From assembly GCA_963718915.1 (NCBI GenBank), contig CAVRAI010000004.1, positions 540,001 through 572,000 on the forward strand: a stretch of DNA of 32,000 bases, given 5' to 3'. The DNA comes from an uncultured Chloroflexia bacterium (GTDB lineage Bacteria > Chloroflexota > Ktedonobacteria > Ktedonobacterales > JADMIN01). Of the stretch, positions 23,615 through 32,000 are shown piece by piece; the stretch's first letter is position 1; every line of letters begins with the position of its first letter. The position numbers and the translations under genes are program-made. The notes under the pieces are model-generated. The model saw only the letters and a list, made by a program, of their open reading frames with translations, did not search any database and was not told where the DNA came from.

Positions 23615-25897
23615 CTATCCGGGCAGAACAAGGACATCGATGCCAGTGTCGCCAGTCAGCGTGACAGCGGTATCCTTACCCATGCATGTGAATCGTATGC
23701 GGGCGTGCCGATTGCCCAGCCGCAGCCCACGTAGTTCCAGGTGGTCGAGCCATTCTGGTAGCATCGGCTGGCGGAGCATCAGGCGATTCTTTTCTGCCTC
23801 CGGCTCGAAGCCAAGGATGCTGCTCAGGAGCAGGAAGGGCGAGCCAGCCGCCCAGGATTGTGGAGAGCAGGCGACAGGATACCGTGTCGGACCGAAGCCG
23901 TGTCTCCGCGTGAACCCACAGAACAGTTCCGGCAGGCGAGCGCCTTCGTAAAAGAGGCTTGCCCCATAGAGATGCCCAAGCAGGTCACTCGCCTCTTTCT
24001 TGCGCCCAACGCGCGCGAAGCCTGCCCCAACGATCGCGGTGTCGTGTGGCCAGACCGAGCCGTTGTGGTAGCTCATGGGGTTGTAGCGCTGCTCCCGCCC
24101 AGAGAGTGTGCGTATACCCCATTTTGTACACATATCTTCGGCGAGGAGGCGACTGACAACTGGCTGGCCCCACTCGTCTGGCACGATGCCAGTCCAGAGA
24201 CAGTGGCCAGCATTCGAGGTGACGACATCGCATGGTTTTTTCTGGCCATCCAGCGCGAGGTAAAACGTATTTTCTTCTTCCCACCAAAAATCGCGCAGGA
24301 AGTTCGTCTGAATCGTTTGGGCGGCATTGCGCCAGTGTTCTTGCTCCTTATGCAGAGAGAGGCGGCCAGCCAGGTAGCCCATGGCGCGGTACGCGGCGTA
24401 TGCATAGCCCTGAACTTCACAGAGCGCGATAGGCGGTTCGCTGAGCCGTCCATCGTGATACGAGATGCTATCCCACGAGTCTTTCCAGCCCTGGTTGATC
24501 AGACCTTTCTCCGAGGTCTTCACATATTCGAGGAATGTATCGCCGTCTCGGTCGCCGTACCGTCGCATCCACTGCGCCGCGGCCTCGGCGCTGGCCCAGT
24601 TCGCCTTGAGAAACTTCATGTCATTGGTCCAGCGGATGTAGGCCTCAAACAGGATGAGAAACAGTGGTGTCGCATCGACGGCGCCATAGTAGGGGATAAA
24701 GGGGATCTCGCGGCAATTGGCCATCTCGCCTCGCCGGTATTCATGCAAAATGCGTCCCGGCTCCTCCTCGGTGAAGGCGTCTTCCTTCTGACCCTGGTGC
24801 GCTATCAGGAATGCCAGTGTGCCATGCGCCACTTCAGGGAACCACGGCAGGAACTCCAGACTGGTGATGAGCGCGTCGCGTCCGAATGGGCAGACATACC
24901 ATGGTATGCCGCCAAAGGGGAATGGACCCTCGGCTGTTGGAGAACACATCATAATCAGGTCATGCATGCCGCGCGTCAGCACGCGGTTGAAAAAGACATT
25001 ATCGCTCTGCACGGTTGGCAATTCCGTGTGTGAGACTGAAACCTCCCAGGCGTTCTCGGTCGTTTCTGTATGCGTCTCTGCGCTGTGCAGCGCCTGTTCG
25101 CTGGCGTTGACAACCACCTGTAACTGGACAGTCTCACCTGGCACGAGCCGCAGCCGCCAGAACACGCCGTCGTTGACGATGTGGTCGGCAGGCGGATCGA
25201 GCAGAACGCGCGTCTTGCGTTCGACACCGTCAAGGCCATCATAGCGAAACACCACCTCATCGTTTTCCATATGTGGTGGGTGTACGTGCCCTCGGCTGGG
25301 GCGCTCCATGCCGCGTACCTCGAAGATGTCGAAGAAGTCAGCGCCGGTCTTTAGCCCAAGTCGCACTTCCACAGGCGATGAGTCGAAGCTGGTCAGCAGA
25401 AATGTCTGGACAAGTTGATGACCGTGCAACTCGATCTGGCGGCGCAGGTGAATCAAGCCCTGGTACATCCCCTGCTCCTTGGCCAGTGGCAGGAAGGGGT
25501 TTGTCAGGTCAATCTGGCAGGCGCCCTCTTCGTCCGAGATCGAGTGCGAGAGTGTGACCATCGGCAGTCCATCGACGAACAGGTCGCAGGTGCGCAGAAA
25601 GCGCGTCCCGTGCCAGAAGAGTCCGGTCTCCTGTTCGGATGCGGGCATATCGCCGCGCGCATCCGTCACCATAAAGGCGTCACCCTGTTTGAGGGCTATC
25701 TTCTCAACGGTCGTGCTGGCAGCGCCGCGCAGGACATAGGGGTCAGTGATCTCGCCTGAGGCGGTGGTCAGGCCGTGGTCGAGCGCTTTCAGCGTTGCGT
25801 CGGAGGCGCTTTGTGTTGGATCGGTCATGATGTGCGCAGACTCTGTATCTAGGTGCTGAAGCATCGAATGAACATGCGAAAAGTCCAACTGACCCAT
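23615..25897 (-). CDS. Amylo-alpha-1,6-glucosidase / glycogen-debranching-enzyme-like (alpha/alpha)6-barrel glycoside hydrolase
   Basis: 760 aa. N-terminal GDE_N-like region (LKQGDAFMVTDARGDM...GLFWHGTRFL). C-terminal GDE_C-like region (GIPWYVCPFGRDALIT, GRILHEYRRGEMA, YYGAVDATPLF, GWKDSWDS, YHNGSVWPHD). The start is ambiguous (ATG 25897, 25864 or 25828; none has a good SD). Confidence 0.85.
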   Translation of the reverse strand: MGQLDFSHVHSMLQHLDTESAHIMTDPTQSASDATLKALDHGLTTASGEITDPYVLRGAASTTVEKIALKQGDAFMVTDARGDMPASEQETGLFWHGTRFLRTCDLFVDGLPMVTLSHSISDEEGACQIDLTNPFLPLAKEQGMYQGLIHLRRQIELHGHQLVQTFLLTSFDSSPVEVRLGLKTGADFFDIFEVRGMERPSRGHVHPPHMENDEVVFRYDGLDGVERKTRVLLDPPADHIVNDGVFWRLRLVPGETVQLQVVVNASEQALHSAETHTETTENAWEVSVSHTELPTVQSDNVFFNRVLTRGMHDLIMMCSPTAEGPFPFGGIPWYVCPFGRDALITSLEFLPWFPEVAHGTLAFLIAHQGQKEDAFTEEEPGRILHEYRRGEMANCREIPFIPYYGAVDATPLFLILFEAYIRWTNDMKFLKANWASAEAAAQWMRRYGDRDGDTFLEYVKTSEKGLINQGWKDSWDSISYHDGRLSEPPIALCEVQGYAYAAYRAMGYLAGRLSLHKEQEHWRNAAQTIQTNFLRDFWWEEENTFYLALDGQKKPCDVVTSNAGHCLWTGIVPDEWGQPVVSRLLAEDMCTKWGIRTLSGREQRYNPMSYHNGSVWPHDTAIVGAGFARVGRKKEASDLLGHLYGASLFYEGARLPELFCGFTRRHGFGPTRYPVACSPQSWAAGSPFLLLSSILGFEPEAEKNRLMLRQPMLPEWLDHLELRGLRLGNRHARIRFTCMGKDTAVTLTGDTGIDVLVLPG

Positions 25898-25996
25898 ACA
25901 TAGTCCAACGCCATTTTGCGGATGTCAAACTCAAGCTGCGCAAACTCGCCACAGCCGACAAACACTGGCTGACTGCGTTCGTCTTGAAGGCCACCA

Positions 25997-27394
25997 CTAC
26001 ATCTGTTGCGGTGGCAGCCCCTCCTCGACGCAATAGTAGAGCGTCTGATAAGGCGCCCGGAAGGCAGTTACCTCGGCTACCAGCGATTCGGGTTCAGTGT
26101 GATCTACCAGCACGCGGGCGATGAAATCGGCAATCTGCTCCATCTCCTGCTCGCGCATGCCGAGTCTGGTGACCTCGATGGTTCCCATGCGCAGCCCTCC
26201 AGGGCGATCCCAGTCGGACGGCTGGTCGCTGGGGATCAGGTTTTTGTTGGTGATGATATTTGCCCGCGCCAGACGGTGCGCGACCTCCAGTCCACCGCCA
26301 AACTGGCGCACATTCGCGATGGCCTGATGGGTCTGGGTAAAGCCCTTATGGCTGCCGAGCATCGGTATCCCCTTGCGCTGTAGCGCTGTGGCAAGCGCCT
26401 GGGCGTTACGCACGATCTGCGCCATATACGCCTGCCCATAGGCCAGCATATCGACGGCGGACGCTGCCAGCGCGGCAACGCGATTCACCTGATGTGTGGC
26501 CGCCATGACGGGGAAAATAGCGGTTGTCAGCGGCCGGGTTAGCCGCGCTTCGTCCCAGACGATGACTCCGCTCTGTGGCCCACTGAACGTTTTGCCCGCG
26601 GAGCCTGTCAAGACCGCCGCGCCCTCTCGCAATGGATCCTGGAACTGCCCGCCGGCGATCAGGCCAAGCTGATGGGCGCCGTCAAAGTAGATATCGCCAC
26701 CCCATTCGGCGACGATTTCGTGCATCTCGCGCAGAGGAAAAGGAAAGAGAGTCATCGAGAGGCCAAGTGTGACTAGCTTGGGGCGAATGGTGGTGGCGAT
26801 GGCGCGGAACCGATCCAGATCAACGATTAGCTCTACAGGGTCAAAGGGGATGTCAACGATGTGGAGACCGCGAACGCCCGCGGGGCCGTCCTGGCGATTG
26901 CTCGAATGGCCTCCGAATGGTTGCGCGACTGTCATGATGGTATCGCCAGGCTGGGTCATGCTGGCGTAGACCACCATATTGCCGATCATGCTCGCGACCA
27001 GCCGATGGTCAGCATAGCGCGCGCGGAAGACCTGTTTGAGCAGTTCGATGCAGAGCGATTCAATCTCATCAATGTATTTGGTTCCGGCGAACCAGCGGTT
27101 GACACTGCCGACGTGTCCCTCGGCGGCGCGTGTCCCAACCTCCGCCGAGAGCAGCGCGCGCACGGTTGGTGTAGTGGGCGCTTCAGGCGCCAGCAGATTA
27201 ATGCACTGCCTTCCCCGCCACTCTTCGTTGCTGGCCACCGCACGAAGGATGGTCTCTTGCATCTCAGCGGGCGACGCGCAGGCGTCGAGCAGCGCGCGTG
27301 CTTGCGCCAGCACCTGTGGATCGTGTACCTCGGCGCCTTCAGTGACTTCAGTGACTTCTGTGACCTCAGGCGTGGCGGGCGCTACCGTTTGCAT
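25997..27394 (-). CDS. Divergent serine hydroxymethyltransferase-like fold-type I PLP enzyme
   Basis: Collinear with SHMT: CINLLAPEAPTTP aligns to LIASENYTSP, FGGHSSNR to HGGHLTHG, and GSAGKTFSGPQSG to TTHKTLRGPRGG (PLP lysine). I use ATG 27394 (AGGAGG upstream) rather than 27448. Confidence 0.72.
   Translation of the reverse strand: MQTVAPATPEVTEVTEVTEGAEVHDPQVLAQARALLDACASPAEMQETILRAVASNEEWRGRQCINLLAPEAPTTPTVRALLSAEVGTRAAEGHVGSVNRWFAGTKYIDEIESLCIELLKQVFRARYADHRLVASMIGNMVVYASMTQPGDTIMTVAQPFGGHSSNRQDGPAGVRGLHIVDIPFDPVELIVDLDRFRAIATTIRPKLVTLGLSMTLFPFPLREMHEIVAEWGGDIYFDGAHQLGLIAGGQFQDPLREGAAVLTGSAGKTFSGPQSGVIVWDEARLTRPLTTAIFPVMAATHQVNRVAALAASAVDMLAYGQAYMAQIVRNAQALATALQRKGIPMLGSHKGFTQTHQAIANVRQFGGGLEVAHRLARANIITNKNLIPSDQPSDWDRPGGLRMGTIEVTRLGMREQEMEQIADFIARVLVDHTEPESLVAEVTAFRAPYQTLYYCVEEGLPPQQM
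27341..27367. repeat. In-frame 9-bp tandem repeat x3 encoding TEVTEVTEV
   Basis: AGTGACTTC, AGTGACTTC, TGTGACCTC read directly. Lies in codons 10-18 of the SHMT-like gene. Confidence 0.85.
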
Positions 27395-27446
27395 GGTTTG
27401 GCCTCCTGTGAGCGACTCTCTACTCATCAACGTTAAGAGGATAACC

Positions 27447-27484
27447 AAAAAGAAATCAGGGTGAGGCGAAAATCCCCACCCTGA
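27447..27484 (-). terminator. Rho-independent terminator
   Basis: Minus strand reads TCAGGGTGGGG-attttcg-CCTCACCCTGA followed by TTTCTTTTT (about 11-bp stem including one G-U). Lies 35 nt after the stop codon at 27519. Confidence 0.75.
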
Positions 27485-27518
27485 CCTGTGCGCTCAGCGC
27501 GCGCTAAAACCTCGACAC

Positions 27519-29408
27519 TCAGGAATGCAACCCGGTATCCAGCGTCCCCTGAAGCAGCGAATTGTTCCAGATGAGCGTGGCCGTCATCGCGTCGAAGTGC
27601 GAGAAGAGTCCTGATGTCGTGGAATCAGTCGTGTGCATCAGCGATTGCAATGCCGCCGCGCTCACGTAGCCCGTCACCGCCGCGCCAGTAGGGGCTGTCT
27701 TGAGCATCTTCTGGAAGGTCGCGTTGCTCGTCAGGTTCGCGACGCTGCCCTGCGCCACCTGGGCGACAAGCGTTGCCGAGTTGGTATCGGGCGCGATGAC
27801 CAGCGTGTTGTTCACGGTAAACGCGACAGCAACGACACGCACAGTCGTCTTCACCGGGGTACCATCTGCCGTTGGCTGGCCAGCGTCGGTAGACGTATCA
27901 CTCAGCGTCGTCGCCGACTGGCCCGCGATAGTGGTTGGTGTGGCTGTCCAGTTGTGCGCTGCTGCGATCTTGCCAATCAACTGCGTTGCGGCGGCATCGT
28001 CGTTGACATGGATGTAGAAGACGGGTTGCGCGTTCCCATTCGTCTTCAGCGCGGCCATACCCACAGGCTGCTGTGCCAGCGGATCGCTTGCCGAGACGCC
28101 CAGAGCGGACTGTAGCGGGTCAGCGCCCGTTGCGGCGACGCCAAACTGGTTGACAAACGCCTGAACGAGCTTGCCGAGATTGCCCGCCCCCGCATAGGCT
28201 ACCGCATCAGATGGCGCAAGTTTGGCAAAGCCCGTTGTGTCGCCCGAGACATTGGGAATATTTGGATTGCGTACCGCGTTAAAGGTGATCTGGCTCCGCT
28301 GCCCGGTGTCGCTCCAGGCGAGATAGCCTCCCGCAACCGGATAGGTCTCGATGAATGGGACGCTGATGCTGGCGAGTCCGTTCGGCGCCTTGACGGGGAT
28401 CAGCGAGTCGAGCGCCTGGCGGAGATTCACATAGTATGTGCCGAAGTGATTGCTCGGCAGATTGCTGATAGCGTCCTTGAACGCCTGCTGGTCGTTGAGA
28501 GAGTCGCTACTCCCATTGATGCGGTCGATCACGGCGTGCGCCGCCTCGGTATTGCTGGCGATGAGCACCCAGCCCCCGCCATTCCCGTAGAGACCGGACG
28601 ATGAGCCTGAGCCAGTGGAGTAGAGGGTAAACCCGTTATAGCTCGACTGCTGAATTGTCGTGCCCTGCTGCTTCGCATGGGCGTTCAGCTTGCTAATGGC
28701 GGCTTTTGCGGCGTTGTCATCGCGCGATTCAATCAGCGCCACAACCCCCACCGACGCCGCTGGATTGGCGATAGCCTGCTGTGCATTGGCCAGCGGAAAG
28801 ACACCAAGGGCAACATCTGGCCCGGCCCATGAAACCACATCTTTCTGCCAGTCAAGTCCGGTAGCCTTTTGCAGCGCCGTGGCTGGGGCTCCTACCACGT
28901 CGGCGGGATTGATGTTGAAGTTGTTATTGGCCGCGGCGGCCAGATCCGCTGAAGCGAATACCACGGTTGTTGAAGGGAAGTAGCGTGCCAGTTGATTGTC
29001 GCTGCGCGAGGCAAAAGCGGCATAAGCCCAGTAGGCGCCGGACATAATCAGTCCGACGACCACAACCGCGGAGATTGCCGTCAGAATGTTGCGGCGCTTA
29101 TGCGAACGGATCGGCTTCTCTGGAGCGAGCGCGGGGCCAGTTGCCAGGGCAGCGATTCCGCTGGTAGATGTGGGTTGGTTGTACCAGGCAGGCAACGGTG
29201 GGGGTAAAGCCGCATCGGCTGTCTTGATTGGAGCCGTCGCGTAGGTGGTGTCTGGCTCCGAGACCGGTGACGCCCCACCAACCGAACCTGTGCCAGCCAA
29301 AGCCTGATTTGGTCGGCCACAATTGGGGCAATAGACGGCCTGAGCATCAAGACTGTGACCGCATCCAGCGCATTGTCCAGGCGCCGATAATTGCTTTCCG
29401 GTGTCCAT
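27519..29408 (-). CDS. Zn-ribbon plus single-TM-anchored large extracytoplasmic protein (possibly DUF3352-like)
   Basis: N-terminal CAGCGH...CPNCG zinc ribbon, Pro-rich linker, and TM helix ILTAISAVVVVGLIMSGAYWAYAAF. This is followed by a soluble domain of about 490 aa rich in Ala/Gly/Thr. I use ATG 29408 (GGAGGAGG 10 nt upstream). The DUF assignment is from memory and not verified. Confidence 0.72.
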   Translation of the reverse strand: MDTGKQLSAPGQCAGCGHSLDAQAVYCPNCGRPNQALAGTGSVGGASPVSEPDTTYATAPIKTADAALPPPLPAWYNQPTSTSGIAALATGPALAPEKPIRSHKRRNILTAISAVVVVGLIMSGAYWAYAAFASRSDNQLARYFPSTTVVFASADLAAAANNNFNINPADVVGAPATALQKATGLDWQKDVVSWAGPDVALGVFPLANAQQAIANPAASVGVVALIESRDDNAAKAAISKLNAHAKQQGTTIQQSSYNGFTLYSTGSGSSSGLYGNGGGWVLIASNTEAAHAVIDRINGSSDSLNDQQAFKDAISNLPSNHFGTYYVNLRQALDSLIPVKAPNGLASISVPFIETYPVAGGYLAWSDTGQRSQITFNAVRNPNIPNVSGDTTGFAKLAPSDAVAYAGAGNLGKLVQAFVNQFGVAATGADPLQSALGVSASDPLAQQPVGMAALKTNGNAQPVFYIHVNDDAAATQLIGKIAAAHNWTATPTTIAGQSATTLSDTSTDAGQPTADGTPVKTTVRVVAVAFTVNNTLVIAPDTNSATLVAQVAQGSVANLTSNATFQKMLKTAPTGAAVTGYVSAAALQSLMHTTDSTTSGLFSHFDAMTATLIWNNSLLQGTLDTGLHS

Positions 29409-29653
29409 AGCCTGCGTGCCTCCTCCTGATTCGCATCCATCGCGCAATCGCTAGAATCCGACACCTGCTGCACATCGCCATAATATGTTGCTGTGGGAAA
29501 TGACGTACTGGCGCGAGCCTGGTGTTTCTGACTGACTTCAGAATTGGCGGTTGCCGCCTTATGAATACTATACGTCGCTCTTGCGGTAATTGTGTCGCAG
29601 GATTGTCGCGGTTTTTCGAATAAGCCGCTTACTCCTTATGCTAGATAGTACGC

Positions 29654-30319
29654 TCACGACGCTGCGAAGTTCCCTTGTCCCGAGGCGCCGGAACGAAAAT
29701 AGGTCAGGATCGCATCCTGAAGTTCGTTCTGGTGACCATTGAGGAAGTGATCGGCCTGCGGGACGATGGCGAGCGACTTGGGTTCAGGGAGCGCGTCATA
29801 CCAGGGCGCCAGGCTGCTCTGAGGCCCGTACTGGTCGAATTCACCCTGCACGATGAGCTTGGGCTTACGGCACTCGGCGAGAGCGTCTGTTGTCAGCAGA
29901 GATGTGGGGATGCCAACGCCGATGAGCTGGCGGACGCGGCTGTCGGCGCAGCCTATGGGCAGCCCAATCCATGAGCCGAACGAGAAGCCCGCGAGGCAGA
30001 TCGGAATATCGGGAAACCGGAGCGCTATCTCGTCAAGCGCCGCCCAGACATCTTCCCGTTCGCCATTGCCCTCGTCATAGGCGCCGGTACTGCGGCCCAC
30101 GCCACGAAAATTGAAGCGTAGCGCGGGAATCCCCAGATCGCCGAGAGCCTGCGCCACGCGAAAGACCACTTTGTTGTGCATCGTGCCGCCATGAGCTGGG
30201 TGCGGGTGGCAGACGACCGCCACCATTGCTGGCTGCGACGCTTCCTCATCAGGGAGACGTAGCAATCCCTCCAGCGCGCCATGCGACACGGGAATATCTA
30301 CCAACAAGAGCCGCGCCAT
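29654..30319 (-). CDS. Alpha/beta hydrolase (COG2945-like)
   Basis: Pattern G.LEGLL....VVCHPHP.HGGTMHNKVV...LRFNFRGVGRS.G, with nucleophile elbow GFSFGSW. I use ATG 30319 (AGGAG upstream), giving 221 aa, rather than the track start at 30445. Confidence 0.78.
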   Translation of the reverse strand: MARLLLVDIPVSHGALEGLLRLPDEEASQPAMVAVVCHPHPAHGGTMHNKVVFRVAQALGDLGIPALRFNFRGVGRSTGAYDEGNGEREDVWAALDEIALRFPDIPICLAGFSFGSWIGLPIGCADSRVRQLIGVGIPTSLLTTDALAECRKPKLIVQGEFDQYGPQSSLAPWYDALPEPKSLAIVPQADHFLNGHQNELQDAILTYFRSGASGQGNFAAS

Positions 30320-30781
30320 CTCGATTCTCCTGCTCGTGCTTGCCTGTTGCCGTCTAGATTGTAGCGCCTTTATTGCCCGGCGTGGTATGGCGAGCAGTGG
30401 GAAATGTATGGGCCGCTGTGCTATACTACGGCGTGAAATCATCATGAAAGCGCTGGCTTTGCCATTTCATTGGCGAGGCCCGCGCGTGAATTTGTCTGGA
30501 GCGATTGGCAGCATGACGCCCGAATCCTATGCGCGTCGAACATCCTCATATGCTGGTCTACGGGAAGCCAGGAGGTTTCCCGGTGCATCGTGTCCTCTCC
30601 GCTGCGAATATATGGCGCTCTGTATCTAGACCTGCTGGCTGAGAGACGCTACCCATGTGGCATTCCCCGGCAGGCAGTAAGAGCCACCAACTCTCGTGCG
30701 GCGCCCACGTCAATGGCAAAGATGGAGCGCTCAACGCGATACGACGCAAGCAGGACAGGAAGCAGGAAGTGAGAATTCACG

Positions 30782-32000
30782 ATGCAAATCTTTAATACTG
30801 AATCTGGACGTAAAGAACCGTTCGAGCCGCTGACATTGCCAGTGCGGATGTACGTCTGCGGTTTGACGCCCAAAAATGAGCCGCATCTTGGCCATGCGCG
30901 TCTCTTCATCGTCAACGATATGGTGCGCCGTTACCTGGCGTATCGCGGCTATCCGGTGCGGTACATCCAGAACTTCACCGATATCGACGACAAGACTATC
31001 GACGCTGGATTGCGCGAGGGCATCTCGCCGTTCGTTGCCGCGCAGCGCTACATGGACGCCTACTTCGAGGATATGGACGCGCTCAACGTAGAGCGGGCCG
31101 ACGAGTTTACCTATGTCACTAGGTACATCCCACAGATCATCGAGATGGTGCAGGGGCTGATTGACCGCGGGCACGCCTATGAAATCGACGGTGACGTCTA
31201 CTTCTCGGTGCCAAGCTTCCCGCGCTACGGGCGACTCTCGGGGCGCAATGCCGAGGCGATGCTGGCGGGGGCGCGCATCGAGCCGGATGAGCGCAAGCAC
31301 GATCTGCGCGACTTCGCGCTCTGGAAAGCCGCCAAACCCGGCGAGCCGTGGTGGGAAAGCCCGTGGGGCAAGGGACGGCCCGGTTGGCACATCGAGTGCT
31401 CGACGATGGCGCGCGAGGCCCTCGGCGACCAGATAGACATACACGGCGGCGGTACCGACCTGATTTTCCCGCATCACGAGAACGAGATTGCCCAGAGTGA
31501 GAGCTTCACTGGCGTCGAGCCATTCGTGCGCTACTGGGTGCATACCGGCATGCTCACGATGCTCGGCGAGGAGGGCAAGGAAGAAAAGATTGCCCATTCG
31601 GGGCGTTTCGTCACCATCCGTTCGACACTGGCGGGGGGCGAGATCCCGCCGCCCGCGCTCCGGACGTATCTGCTCGGCGCGCACTACCACGCCAACCTGA
31701 TGTTCTCCGAGGAGCAGCTGCGCGGGACTATTGGCCGCTGGCGGCGCTGGGTCGAGGCGCGCAATACCGCCTTGCGGCTGAAGGCGTGGGCAGCGGAACA
31801 CCAGCCAGCTGGCGTGGCGCATGTTCCCGGGATGACCGAGAGCGGCCTGCTTGGAGCGGTTCAGGATGCCCATGACGAGTTTGTCGCCGCGATGGACGAC
31901 GATTTCAACACCTCGCTGGCGCTCAGCGTCATCGACGAGCTAGCGCACCGCACCAACGACTATGCCCACAGCCTCGGCGGCGAACAGGCGCCAGCGGGTT
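30782..32000 (+). CDS. cysS: Cysteine--tRNA ligase, 5' 406 codons (continues past the window edge)
   Basis: My own translation from ATG 30782 gives MQIFNTESGRKEPFEPL..VRMYVCGLTP..PHLGHARLF (HIGH motif). It continues with WHIECSTMA, IDIHGGGTDLIFPHHENEIAQSE and AMDDDFNTSLA. The frame stays open to position 32000. It is absent from the ORF track because no stop codon is reached. Confidence 0.93.
   Translation, partial: MQIFNTESGRKEPFEPLTLPVRMYVCGLTPKNEPHLGHARLFIVNDMVRRYLAYRGYPVRYIQNFTDIDDKTIDAGLREGISPFVAAQRYMDAYFEDMDALNVERADEFTYVTRYIPQIIEMVQGLIDRGHAYEIDGDVYFSVPSFPRYGRLSGRNAEAMLAGARIEPDERKHDLRDFALWKAAKPGEPWWESPWGKGRPGWHIECSTMAREALGDQIDIHGGGTDLIFPHHENEIAQSESFTGVEPFVRYWVHTGMLTMLGEEGKEEKIAHSGRFVTIRSTLAGGEIPPPALRTYLLGAHYHANLMFSEEQLRGTIGRWRRWVEARNTALRLKAWAAEHQPAGVAHVPGMTESGLLGAVQDAHDEFVAAMDDDFNTSLALSVIDELAHRTNDYAHSLGGEQAPAG

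Noticed and set aside
23858-25033. 391-aa plus-strand ORF
   Set aside because: Antisense shadow of the GDE-like gene, which has strong family motifs on the minus strand.
30336-30772. 97-aa and 100-aa plus-strand ORFs in the cysS upstream gap
   Set aside because: Cys/Arg/Trp-rich non-protein-like sequences with no SD; they overlap each other in different frames.
30446-30781. Cys-specific T-box riboswitch upstream of cysS
   Set aside because: No canonical T-box sequence (GGGUGGNACCGCG), no clear specifier loop with UGC followed by a purine, and no terminator/antiterminator pair were seen. It is kept only as an unexplained long leader.
30731-31873. 380-aa minus-strand ORF
   Set aside because: It is exactly antisense to the unmistakable cysS reading frame (HIGH motif, WHIECS, HGGGxDLxFPHHENE). 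Its Arg/Pro/Gly-rich composition is typical of a GC-rich shadow ORF.

Overview
GC-rich bacterial chromosomal window; I saw no rRNA, tRNA or CRISPR. Left third (minus strand): a five-gene Opp/Dpp-type peptide ABC importer (SBP, two permeases, two ATPases, 98-6279), a CxxC thioredoxin-fold protein and a cystathionine beta-synthase. Middle: a small membrane protein, an orphan cytoplasmic GAF-GAF-HisKA_2 histidine kinase, a 297-aa protein with no recognisable family, an APC permease fused to a USP-like domain, and a tightly packed ribF / FhaA-like / FhaB-like / rodA-like operon. The only clearly mobile item sits at about 19.0-20.5 kb. It is a solo tnpB (IS200/IS605-family RNA-guided nuclease) with intact catalytic motifs, no tnpA, similar subterminal hairpins at both ends and a probable omega-RNA region at its 3' end. 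Right third: a Fur-family regulator plus a NiCoT nickel/cobalt permease, an uncharacterised polytopic membrane protein, a GDE_C-type amylo-alpha-1,6-glucosidase-like protein and a divergent SHMT-like PLP enzyme. These are followed by a Zn-ribbon/TM-anchored large extracytoplasmic protein, a COG2945-like alpha/beta hydrolase and the first 406 codons of cysS. The ORF track misses cysS because it runs off the window; the 380-aa antisense ORF there is a shadow. I do not see a convincing multi-gene novel system and there is no defence-island signature. The most checkable leads are the TnpB/omega-RNA locus, a perfect CRP-type palindrome plus a 3x10-bp tandem repeat in the opp promoter region, degenerate FMN-adenylyltransferase motifs in RibF, and a KMSKS-to-KIAHS substitution in CysRS. 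The taxonomic guess (Chloroflexota- or Actinomycetota-like, from the FhaA/FhaB/RodA module and protein styles) is weak inference. Several ORF-track starts were moved to internal start codons that have clear Shine-Dalgarno sequences.
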